Assembly: GCA_010015805.1 (NCBI GenBank)
Contig: ML978128.1
Coordinates: 1,054,001 to 1,118,000 of the forward strand
Length of the DNA: 64,000 bases
Direction: 5' to 3'
Origin: Rhizodiscina lignyota
Taxonomy: Eukaryota
Shown here in pieces: positions 22,731-34,811 of this stretch; the stretch's first letter is position 1, and the number at the start of each line of letters is the position of its first letter. A program made the position numbers and the translations under genes. The notes below the pieces were generated by a model. It saw nothing but the letters and a program-made list of their open reading frames with translations. It did not search any database and was not told where the DNA came from.

Positions 22731-25700
22731 ATGTCGGCCCCAATCATCCCTGCACGCCCTACTCGATCGCAGCAACCAGCGGCAACAGCTACCATGGACG
22801 TCCCCCGAATCCCTCCACGTCCTAAGCGTAACATCGAGCGCTCTGTGTCCCCGAATCGAGACACATTCGCTAGATCACCTCTTAACGACTTGAGCTTCAA
22901 CCGCAATGCTCACGCCAATAGGAACTCGAGCAACTTGTCGACGTCACTACCCCAACGCCCGCCAAGTGTTGAGCTGCCCTCGATCGGACAAGAGGGCAAC
23001 GAGTATGCGCATATAATCGAGATACAAAATGATGGGGAGAATGATGTCGTATCGTATAGCGGCCCTGGAGAACCGTCACAGACAAAGAATGTGGCTGGAG
23101 ACTTGCCCCTCCACGCTCCGAAGGCATCATTGCCTGCTTTGGCGGCAAAGTCGAAGATTGCGATGGTCACTCGTACGGACTCTGATCAAGCTGCAGCCGC
23201 AGGCGTTGGCAAGCCAGCCAGTATTGGAGGAGAAAAGTCGGCCGACTCTCGCCCACAGAGCCGCCAAAGCCGCTCTGGCTCTTCACTTGCACTCTCTCGT
23301 CCACAATCCATCATGAAAGAGGGAGACGCTGAGGAGCAGGGAATCCCCGAGATTGGCCTTCAGATTCCGCTCTATCCCAATGCTGGGGATGTCCAGGCTC
23401 CCACACCTTCACCTTATGAAGGAAAACCTCATTCCGCTGGCATTGGCTTCTTCAATGATGGCAACAGCTTGCCAGCTCCCCGCAGACATCAACGCACAAA
23501 GAGCGGAAGGGAGATCTTCACCGGCCCTCCTGGCAGCTACGGTCTTCATGGGCACGGCAGAGTGGACCGTGATCAATTCGAGATGTCGTGGTACGACAAG
23601 CATCCCGGTGAACGTGAAAAAGAGGCTCAGGGAGCCTACGGTCCTTCGATTGCCGATAATCGAAAAGAGTGGGCTTTGAGCAGCGATGATCTGAATCGCT
23701 TGGTTCATCAGAACACCCACAACGTAATTAGCGTTGGTAAGCTTTGCCTCATGGCATTGCCAATTGGTATTTCCTAACCTTCATGACTTAGGTAAAACCC
23801 CAGCTGCTGTTGGAACTCCCGATGAGTTCATCGGCTACATAGCATCTGAGGAATACGCTTCGAGAATCGCTTCACCACGCCCAGCTTCAGCTGCACCTGT
23901 TGGCAGGCAGCGAACTAGCAGTTCGCACGCTCACGAGCCTCATGCAGAATCACCACTTCGCAAGATGAGCTTCCCCGTAAATGAGCTCAATCCCGTCATT
24001 AAACGAGTACATTCAAACGATCATGCCGTCGAGAGCGAAAATGAAGAGGATGTGATTCATGTCGAGCCTTTATCGCGTGTACAGAGCAGGATGACTGGAG
24101 GCGGCTATGACCCACCAGTTGAAGATCTTGGTGTGTACGGTGGCAATACTGAAGCCGAGGGAGGTATTATCGACGAGCAGGGCTACGGCGCTCCTATTCT
24201 CGCGTCCGACGAGGTCGCTAAAACACCAGGCATGGAATTCTTACAGCCGGCTATCCCGCCCGAACAGGAGCGCAGAGGAAGCTCGTACTTTGCTGGAGTG
24301 GACTCTGACGGTAACCCGGTATATCAGAGTGGCCACCGCCAGAGTCGCCCATCAAGTCGATCGAACAGCTTGGCTGGTTTGCATCGTTTCATAAGTCAGG
24401 AAGAAGGAACTCACACTCCTCTGGAAGACGTGAAGGAGTACGAGCCGCTCTTCCCCGACGATGACGGCGTTCTGAAAACCAAGGATGGTAGAATTCCACC
24501 GAAAGATAAGGTCCAGCGTCCTGATTACCTCGCGCGACACCACTTCCCCAGCAAAGATGTGTGGGAAGATACTCCCAGCAGTTTGATGTACGTCACGACT
24601 GTTGAGACGCCGCCACCAGATGTGCACAAGAAGAGAACCGCCACTTTCGAGACACCAGAGGTTGAGGAAGCAAGGAAGCAGGACATCACTGAGGAAGACA
24701 AGGAAGACTTCTTGTCTGAGCACACCAAGAAATTTGCCAAATCATATCTCAACAAAGATGTATTGGCAGATATGTCAGAACGGCCCGGCATGAAACGTCG
24801 TTTCCCGAGTCAGGATATCTGGGAAGATACGCCATCACATCATGTCATCACAACCATCATTACGCCTGAGCCTGAAAAGAAGGAAATAAGTCCTCAAGAG
24901 GCGAAGAAACAACCCGATATCCCAGCTCGACCAGTCAAGGGTCAGCCGCCTTCTATTCCTACGCGTCCGGCCAAGAAACCAGAAGTGAAGGAGACGTCAC
25001 CAGTAGACAAGAAAGCTGCACCATTCATTCCAGAGAAACCAAAACCACATGTCCCAGCCCGCCCGTCTAAACCTATGCCGCGCGATTCGTCCGAGCAAGT
25101 GCCTCTTGCAAAGACCACATCAGTCGGTAGCACTGGGAGCGCAGGTGACGCTTCTTCAGAAGGCGTCGTAGTCGAGAAGAAGGCTCCGCCGCCGCGTCCA
25201 GCTAAGCAGTTTGGCGGTATTAAAGGTGGTTTCATCAGCGAATTGCAGAGCAAGCTGCAATTGGGACCGCAAGCGCCGAAGAAGGAGGCCCCTCCGCCAG
25301 AAGAGGATAAGGTGGAAGAGAAGGCCCCATTAGCGGACGCGCGCAAGGGCCGCGCGAGGGGTCCCGCAAGAAGGAAGCCTGGCGTTAGTCCATCTGCTGC
25401 AGCAATGGAAGAAGCGCCAGCGCCAAAGAAAGTTACTTTTAGTATCTTGCAACCGTCGAGTGTTTGGGAAATTGATGATTCTGGGCATATAGAGATGGGC
25501 AAAGTTCTCAACGCGGCAAAGGAGTTGGTACCAGAGCAGCCAGCCTTGAGGCAGCCGTCCTCTGAAAGTATCACGCCGCCGTTGGAGGCCGACGGAAGCG
25601 GCGAAGCAGCAGGAGAGGGTTACTTCGCGCCAGCTGCCCCGGCGACTTCGACAAAAGCCGCGGCAAAGGCTGCACCAGGAGTCGAGAGTCCAGAAGAGAA

Positions 25701-25980
25701 GGCCAAGCCCACTGAGCCTGAAGTCCCCACAGAGGCACCGGAGCGCAAGGACGAGAGCCTTGCAGAGATGCATTCCGAGGAAGCGGCGCCATCGCCGGAG
25801 AAAGCTGTGCAGACAGGAGAGACTGTGATTGAGCATGGCATGGAAGGCGAAGGGAAGGAGAAGGAAAAGCTGACGGCATATAACGACGGTGCAGCACAAG
25901 AGCCAGGAACCGTAGTCGTGAGAGAGGGAGAAGAGGTCCCATCTGTCACTGCCACAGCTGGTGAAGAAAACACAAACTGA
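22731..25980 (+). CDS. AIM21: Aim21-like actin/capping-protein regulator (DUF3210-type, Pro-rich)
   Basis: GIPEIGLQIPLYPNAGDVQAP, PPGSYGLHG, two FPS.D.WEDTPS repeats, PxxPxRP motifs, LADARKGRARGPARRKP; intron 23737-23791; probable 5'-UTR intron 22398-22692. Confidence 0.75.
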
Positions 25981-27201
25981 ACTGGCGTGTAAGCGGAGGC
26001 GGAATCTCCCAACTAAAAGTGCATTACTGTTGGAGTTCATTGGGGGTTGAGCTATAGATCCAGCTCTGTAGCATTTCCTGCACCTGACTTCCTGAACACT
26101 CTTTTTCACTTCGTCTCAGATGTCAACACGGCCTCAATTGTAGCATCAATACAACGGTCTCACATCCACCTTTGCGTTCAGCTTTTATGCATGGCAATTC
26201 ATAAACTACGTACGTAGAATGGAAGTGCAATTCAACATTCCACCACTCGCTCGCAAGTTCGGAGTATCGGTGCACTCACCCTAGACCAAACTCTTGTGCC
26301 CAATTTGACTCCGCCTCCCACCTCTCCGCCCTAATCTCGCAGTCATGTGCCCCCCGAATAAACAGCCACATCGCTGATCCGTAACTACTGTATCTCAGTG
26401 ATGTTCTGCACGCTGGGTCAGGTCCTCAGCATCAGGTCCTCAGGAGGCGGATCCGAGTTTCTGCCACAGCTCTGCGCCCGAAGAATGATAGGTTGTGTCC
26501 ACAGACACAAGCATCGCTATCGACGAACGCATCAAGCCGATCTGAAGTTCAGATCTCCGTGCCAGCCGTAGGTGCTTAGTTGAGGCTTCGTAAGAGGATC
26601 AAGTTGTTATTTCCGTGAGGTAATGGTACTGCTACTGGAGGGACAGCGGGAGGATGCGGCTAACGAGACTGGTTCCTGGGGAGAGAGTGGCGACGCGCAC
26701 TATTAGTTCGATGTATGCGGAGTACAGGTAGACGCGATTGAGGGATTTATCACAGAAGTAGAGGAAATACGAGCCAAAATGGGTGTTCACAGGGGAGGCC
26801 ATTTAAGGTTGTTTCCAGCGGTCAGGAACAAACCGATCCTGGCTTGATAAGCACTAGGTACGACCCAGACATCTCCATGGCACAAAGCGTGCGTCCTGCT
26901 TTGTAAGTTAATTATGCCTAGATTTGGCCCACTTTCTTGACATACTCGCTGGTATCACAGACACAAGAGAGAAGGCCATTTTGAAGTCTAACATTCGACA
27001 TTGCTTTTCGTAGTCGCTCTAGACAGAGTAACGTGTCAGCTCTACTACATCACGGTAACAATATTGTAAACAATGCCCGACAGCTTGTTTGAGGCTGGGT
27101 CAATGTTCTAACCCTCGATTTATGATCGCTGGGAGGCCGGCAAACGCCGCGGTTCGACGCCGGAAAAGTCATCGTTGTCCAGTCGTTCGCCGGGAAGGCA
27201 T

Positions 27202-27920
27202 CTAACTCTGAGTTCCTAACTTCGTCTTGTCGATTTCGAAGATTATAAGCTTTATCATTCTCCGCGGCCGGATTGGTGAGATCTCGCCTTTAGTCGGAAG
27301 ATTCATCGCCTCAACCGATTTTCTCAGCTCTGCCAGCTCTTCATGAGACAGTTCTACTTTCTCTTCGTCACCACCATCTTGAACTACTCGCTCTTCCTTT
27401 CTCAAGAATCCAACCTTCTCCAGGACTCTCTGACTTCCTTTGTTCTCTTCTGCCACCCAAGCTTCTAGTTTGTTCATATCAACCAGGTCAGGGTGTCGAG
27501 ATAGCTCCTTGACGAAGGCCGAGACTGCTTCAGTGGCTATGCCCTTGCCCCAAGTGGCTGGATGGAATTGATATCCCAATTCTTGACTGCCGACAACCCC
27601 CATTGTTGCAATAACTTTGGGCGTCGAAGGGTCAACCATGGACGGATCTAGCAGCTCCGCACAGTACTGAAAGTTCTGCGGACGCTCCAATCTCTGGCCG
27701 ATCCATTCTTCTGCTTCGCTTAACGAGAGCCATTTTGGGCGAACGCTGGAGCACAGATTTAGCGAGGAGAGTGCGGAAAGGGTGGGAGACTCGACACAGA
27801 CCTCCACCTGTACACCTCCTCGAAAGAGCGGAGTGCGTAGACATCAGGTGCGTCTTCCAGGGTCAGCGGTCTTAGCCGAAGTCTCTGAGTCAAGATTTCG
27901 TTCCACTGAGGAAATGACAT
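27202..27920 (-). CDS. GNAT (RimJ/RimL-type) acetyltransferase
   Basis: TQRLRLRPL N-terminus, ELGYQFHPATWGKGIATEA motif A, N..SQRVLEKVGF; intron 27801-27746. Confidence 0.88.
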
Positions 27921-28628
27921 GGCAGAGAAAGGACGGAGATTAAGGGGATACGCGGGAGAAGAGGACAGCGCCGGACTACGCGACACTTATATACATCAAG
28001 AGCGACCCGACCTTCCAACAGCGGACTGCTCATGTGCTTCAGTTACTCCCTACGGTCTAAAGGCTCACGAGGCAGCTAATCAAATGTCGCCGGCTGCTGT
28101 GAATGACCCCTACTCGGACGACTGCGGTGCAGCGCGGTACGGAGACGGGCATGCAATGCCTATCCCAAAGGCAGATGGTAGTGCGTCCGGGAATACCGCT
28201 GAGAGATTCGCCGCCTGTAATAGCAGCCTTGGTTGTATAAGCAGAGACTATTCGACAGATAGGCGGATGTAGATCGATTAGATTAGAGCATGCCTGCATG
28301 CCTGCTGGCCTAAGAGCCGTTGGGCTCCACTGCCGCCGCCTTAGCCCCTTCACACGAGCCGAGAGCGCCTAGCACATCACCTGCATCGCTCCACCGCATC
28401 GCGCACACTCTCCCGCGCAGGCGAACTTCTGCACACAGCCTTGCGTAACCCCATGTGCAGCCTGTGAAATATACATACCGAACCCCCTCGAACATTGCCT
28501 GAGGAGCCTCACCACTCACCGGAGGGTGTGCGAGGGGTGGCGCAAGGCAAAGCTGAACACACCGCCGATAAATTCCCCCCGCGCACACCTCACCCCACCA
28601 CTCGCATTATGGCCTTGTCGCACCACAA

Positions 28629-31391
28629 ATGGCGCCCGGACACTTGAGAAGCACTCATGGAGACGACTCCAATCGGCGGCGAAGGCATAGGCATAAGCAC
28701 GACACTTCTTACAACTCCGACGACCATCGTCCTTCTCATAAGCGCCACAGCGCGTACCGAGACGAGGAGTATGATCGCGACGGGCACCGGATACGGAGTA
28801 GCCATAGACATCGGCACAGAGTCGACGAGGACAGGTCACGACGCAATCGCGAGTATGAGGGTAGGAGAGAAGTAGCTGCAAGAGGCCACAGTCGTCGATA
28901 TGGCGCTGTCGAAGCCAACGCTTCGAGGAGAAGGCATGCTGCACCAGGCACGCTGCATCGCACTCTCTCATCCTCGACACTCTCAAGTATCACATCAGCC
29001 AGCCCTCATCTAGAGCAGTCTTCAAGAATCAGCGAAGCACCGCTCTACCATGAACAACTTAGACAGAGTCAAACTGGCCACAGCTCGCGCAGACGTCCTG
29101 GCCTCGAGGAATCTTTCAGTAGGCACGCCCGACACCTGCCTCGCCCTGCGCGCAGCTCGCCGCCCGTTTCGGCACGCAACCCACCACCACCACCAGCTCC
29201 TCTTCCTCCTCCAGCCTTAGAGACAAAGTCGGACATCGGATCACTGTCGTCAGATTCTTCTGAGGACTCTGATGATGAAAGAGACACCGCTCCGGTCTCT
29301 ATGCGGACTCCTCCGCCTCTCCTAAATCATACACCTGCAACTACACCTTCAGTTGCTCCCATACCTGAACAAATTATTCCTAGCGCATCAGTTCCAACTT
29401 CGGAGATGCCAAAAGGTGATGCCCAAGCTGCGCTTGCGCCAGGAGCTCCTCAATATGCCGCTGTTCCTCCTCAGATCTCTTCAGACCCACCTCCTCCGAG
29501 CCTGGATGGCCATCGCAGGTACTCAAGAACTGACAACAACTCGTTTCTTTCACAACTGGCACGATCTACCAACCTGCACTCCTCGTCTCGAAGGAGTGTA
29601 GTAAGTACTAGGCCGAAGCTTAGTACTCCTCCTGCAGCTAGTATAACTACAACCGAGCCTCAACCACAAACTCAACCTCAACCTCAACCTCCCCGACCTA
29701 GCATGAGAAGGACCGTGTCAACGACAACAGCTCCAGCAATAATTCGACGTAAGACAACTGGTAGCATTCTTTCTAGCATATTGAAGCCACAGACTCAACC
29801 TTCAGCGCCTTCAGCACCGGCAGAACCACCTGCTCCCGAAGAAAAGGTTGAATGCCTTACTTGTTGCGATGAGGTGCCAGTCTCACAATCGGCAAAGCTT
29901 GAGTGCGATCACGTGATGTGTAATTCCTGCCTCAAGCGTATCTTCAGGCTGTCCGTTAAAGACCCTGAGCACATGCCTCCAAAATGCTGTACCGAACACC
30001 ACATACCCCTCAATCTCGTTGCGCCACTCTTCGATAACAAGTTTAAGACACTCTGGAACGAAAAATTCAGAGAATTCTCGACGAAAGATCGCATGTACTG
30101 CCCGAAAGCAGGATGCGGTGAGTGGATCCAGCCAAAGGACATCAAGCTAGACCGCTCTGTAGGACGTCGCTACGGAACCTGCACCAAGTGCAAGACAAAA
30201 GTGTGCAAGAAATGCAACATGAAATGGCACGGAAGCAAGGACTGCAAGAATGATGCGGAGACTCGCCAACTCCTAGACACGGCAAAACAGGAGGGCTGGC
30301 AGCGCTGCTACAATTGCAAGGCAATGGTGCAATTAGCTGAGGGTTGCAACCACATGAAATGGCAAGTTACATATTTTCATACTTTCAGTAAAGCTGCGGA
30401 TTACTGACTTATTACCAGTCGCTGCACGGCCGAGTTCTGTATGATTTGCGGCCTCAAATGGAAGACTTGCGATTGTCCCTGGTTCAACACTCCGCCAGAC
30501 GCCGAGGATATGCCATTCGGAGGCATGCTCTTCCCTCCACCTGCACTCTTTCGACCGCGCATACGTATGCGAGCAGCAGGCCATTTTGGCTATCCACCTC
30601 CGCTGCCAGGAGCAGCACGTGGTGCCGGAGGCTTCCACGCAGAGATTGCTGCACGAAGGGCTCAAGAGCGTGCAGATGAGCGTCTCGCGAGACAGCTTCA
30701 GGCCCAGGATTTCGGCGTAGATGAGCCCATTGATCCTCTAGACATGGTCCTTGAACGTGATTTCGGTTTTGGTGGCATGGACGCTGGCGCGAACCTTGCA
30801 ATACATCTAATGGGGATCGCTGGTCTTGCTCTCCGCGATGACGAGCTTGGCCCTGATGTGTTTCAGGCTGCACGTCACCGGCGGCCGTCTCCATTCGGCA
30901 GAGGATATTGGATGCGCCCACAACCGGGAGAGAATGCAAATCAACCGCGCGGTCGACGAGCACGCTCACCACCACGAGTTCCACCTGGTTCCCCGGACTT
31001 TGAGCGTCACGTTCTTCGAGCGGATATCCCGAGACCACGCATGCCGCGGACCCCAGAAGCTCCTGAAGCACCTGGAGCTGGTGTCTTGCGCAGTGCAGAG
31101 GTCCCTTCTGTCATCGATGACGAAACTACGTACTCCACCTCCATATGGGCCAGTGAGACAGACTCGATGGGCATGAGGCGCGCAGGACTTGGTCGCCGTG
31201 CTACAGTCCATGAGTCGGCGATGGATGACCTACCTGGGCGTCCGTCTACCGCCGCTATGGCGGGACTTGCGGGCGGCGGCGGAGGGCTGTCGAGGGGACG
31301 TGATCGCGTCGGAGGATGGCTCGAACACGTTGCTGGTGCTCCTGCTCGGGAGTATACACCCATGTTTGGCGGCGGAGACCGCTTATTTTGA
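28629..31391 (+). CDS. RBR (RING1-IBR-RING2) E3 ubiquitin ligase with long disordered N-terminus
   Basis: CLTC..C.H..C..C RING1; YCPKAGC..CTKC..VC..C..WH IBR; CYNC..GCNHMKCRC.AEFCMICG RING2 restored by GC-AG intron 30362-30418. Confidence 0.9.
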
Positions 31392-32045
31392 GTAATAGCC
31401 CACCTTCCTTCGATCAAAAAGGCGTTTCGGCTTTGCATTTATGAGCGTTAAGGAGCATGCGAGGTATACCCGGTTTGCTAGCTGAAGAGTCTCTCTATTT
31501 TCACCTATGAGAACCCGTGAGTGTATGGCATGAATCTTTAGCTTACGTCCAGACCTAGAGAAATGAAACTTCCTATTGTATGTCAGAGGATATCTGAGAA
31601 GATGTCAATGTAAATGTGATCGAAGGGAGCTAAAGCAAGGAGATGCGTCCAAGTTCACTCTACAGGAAAGCGGTGAGGAGAGCGTTCGAGCTACGCGGAT
31701 GATAAAAGGAGGATCCGCCGCAATGCGGACGCATAGTTGAAAGAAAGTTCGAGAAGACTTTTGCGTTCCTATCCTTTGGATTTGTGCTTAAAATTAGGCG
31801 GTGTTTCATCGCCGTGATTTGGCGTTGCCAGTCACGTCGCCACGCGCCAGATTCGCGTCGAGATCAGCGCAGCTCCTCAGGCATTGCATCATTGCTCAGC
31901 TCCTCGCATCTAAGGTATTTAACACCCCAGCGGCCTGGAGCTTCTGGTCAATCATCGGATACTCAACTTTCTTCATTGTCTACCTCCTCGTCCCCAGAGT
32001 CTGCTGTTTCATCTACAAATATCCACCAAGCTATCATCGCAAAGA

Positions 32046-32549
32046 ATGGAAAGCCACCCCGATCCTTATACCACGAACCGCGACGTTTAGACCGCGACCT
32101 TGCTCAACGAACCTGTGGACCCCAATGCGACGCGTAAATACAAAGAGCTCCATAACGCTCTGAACAACCTCCTCGAGAAGCTGGTCAACCACCCTGCCAT
32201 GGCGCCGAATCTGCAGCAGACGTATATGACGCCGGCGTACTGCAAGACCAAGGTGTACTTCATGTGGGACTTTGTGGGCAGGACGAGGGGTAAGTGGTCC
32301 TGATGTGTGCATATCACTGCTACTCATGAATGCGGCGTAGGCATGATGGATATGGTCGATCCAGCAAAGCCAGAGAACCAGAAGGAGACGTGGGAGGATC
32401 TGACCGGCAGGGCCATATTCTCAGACGTCCTGATCCATGACACAACAGGGAAGGCGGATATGATGTTCATCAATTGCGACGAGGACGCCGAGTTTGGTGA
32501 CGAGGTCAAGGCTGCAGGCCGCGCAGTCAGCCGAGCTGCCGAGATGTGA
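32046..32549 (+). CDS. Small hypothetical protein gene interrupted by an in-frame TAG at codon 15 (pseudogene or recoded gene)
   Basis: ATG 32046 in strong context, TAG 32088-32090, same frame continues ..NHPAMAPNLQQTYMTPA..KVYFMWDFVGRT; intron 32290-32340; stop at 32549. Confidence 0.65.
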
Positions 32550-32684
32550 TGGTGCTCGAGTCGACATTATTGAAGAATCTGGGTGGTTGATTTCAGGCGT
32601 TGGCATGTGATTATTCTCATGGGCGGCAAATGTACAATGTCAGGAACGGTTTGGATCCCTTTGGTACTACGAATTCGATTAGCC

Positions 32685-34047
32685 TCACAATTTGGCGCTG
32701 TCGTACCTCGTCCTCCCTCCAAACCCAAACAAATACGCAGCGATCTTCCTCATCTGAATCTCCTCACTACCCTCCGTGATCCTATACCTCCTATGATGTC
32801 TCCAGATGTGCTCAAACGGTTTGTGCCTACTATACCCATTCCCACCATGCACCTGCATCGCCCGGTCCGCGGACTGGCAGCACAGTCGGTTCGCCCAGTA
32901 GTTGCACATGCTGACCTTGTCGCCTAACTTCTTCTCCACCTCGACATGCGGCATACTGTCCATTTCCGTCGCCGTCTTGCGGATCAGCAGCCGCAGCATC
33001 TCGCACTGTGTCGCCAGCTCGACCAGGGGAAACTGGATGCCCTGGTTGTGGCTGAGAGGCTTGCCGAACGGCTTGCGGTCGTTCGCATACTTGATGCTCT
33101 CGTTCACGCAGAAGACGGCGGCGCCGAGCGAGGAGGCAGCTTGTCGGATGCGGTTCTCATGCACGAAGGCTTGTGCGACGCCCAAGCCGTTGTGGAGCGG
33201 CCCGAGGACAGCAGATGAGGGAACCCAGACGTCCTTAATAGAGACGGTAGCATGGTCTGTCGGCATGTTAAGGGTCCTATCCTCGCGTCAGGCTGTGATA
33301 CGATTTAGAGATTAGGGAGACATCAACTCACCACTCGAAGCTCACTGCCTCGAGACCAGGACTATTCCTCGGCACAATGAAGCAAGAAATGCCCCTCGCG
33401 TCGCCATCCTGGCCCTGCGTCCTCGCAAAGATGAAACAATGTGTCGCCTTATGCATCCCCGTCTGCCACTTCTTCGCACCGTTAATCAACCATCCCTCCT
33501 GCCCGTTCCTCGTCTCCGGTACCGCCCTCGTGGCCATGTGCGTTGCGTCGCTGCCGTGGAACGGCTCCGTGAGACCGAACGTGACGCGCACCTTGCCTGC
33601 CAGCTTGCCCCAGATGAGCTCACGTTTCTGCTCGTCGTTGCCGAAGTGGCGCAGCATGACGATGTCTGGGAAGTTACCGACGACGGAGTGTTCGTTCTGC
33701 AGGTCGTTGAAGAGGCCGAGCCCCTTGCTGGCGAGATGCTCTCTTATCACCGCCATCCACAGATTGCTGTTTCGTCCGTTGCCGTCGTCACGACCGCCAT
33801 ATTCTTTGGGTAGTGAGAGACGCCAGAAGCCCGCTTTGTCCGCTCGTTTCTTGCACTCCACCATCAGCTCTTCCCACTCCTCGCGTGGAAGGCCGTCATT
33901 GTCCCAGTCTGTGCGCGCATGCTCGCGTCTGTGGTCGAAAAAGCGCTCGTTGTCGTTCTGGGCTTGGAGTGGCTTGATCTCGCGCTCAATGAAGGCGTCG
34001 AGGTCGCGGATGTATTGCTTAAGGTCCTCCGGGACAGAGAAGTCCAT
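32685..34047 (-). CDS. Acyl-CoA dehydrogenase with PTS1 (-AKL)
   Basis: FGLTEPFHGSDA, INGAKKW, RKPFGKPL, MQVHGGNGY, RITEGSEEIQ; intron 33331-33277; ends SAKL*. Confidence 0.93.
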
Positions 34048-34811
34048 GGTGAATGCGATTGAAAGACGAACGAGACGAACAGTTACAAAGAAGCTCAAAC
34101 GCTGGCAATTATCATATCATATCGTAAAGGAAAGCAATACTTAACTGTGTCGTCTGCTTGATGCTACCGATATGTACCGCCATTGACCGAAGAGGTAGGA
34201 AGCTCGGCTCCCAAATTGCGGAGGTTCTGGGGGCATTTTGCGGGGAAGCTAGCCAGGGGCTCCCGGAAAGGGCCATCAAGGATTTCTCGCATGTGTAGGA
34301 GAACATTTTCCAAGCCAATCGACTCTCCACGACGATGTAATGACTATCTCCTAACCCTCTTGCCGAGTCTTCTGTTTGCCTTAACCCATAAGTGAAAGGC
34401 AGCTCACGTGAGAGAACACCCCCTTTGCTGTTAATATGCATAAATGAAAGCTTACTCCAACTCATACCAGACAGAGTACATGGAGAGAGACCCTTTTATT
34501 GGAGCAGACCAGCTGAGATAGTAAGGTCAACAGCTGTGTGACGTATGTTGGATAGGATCAATTCATCAAGTTTTCCTGCCTCCACCAAATAATTGGTCGC
34601 CAGCAGGGCTGTAACACTCAAAGGCCAATAGCTCTTCCACTCCACAGGAATTGACACTATCTCTGAAGGTTCAGTTGCATATTCTCCGAAATGTATTAAA
34701 CATTAGCAAGCTATTAAAAGGCTTGTATCCCCCGTTATCTATAGAGGCATACTGGAAGATCAGGCAGAACGGATAGACCGACAATCAGCCAGCAAAGTCT
34801 TCCGTTGGGCC

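Noticed and set aside
26100..27150. Short repeat TCAGGTCCTCAG x2, palindrome GATCTGAA-G-TTCAGATC and fragmentary minus-strand frames
   Set aside because: Too short or isolated to exceed chance, and no protein family was recognisable.
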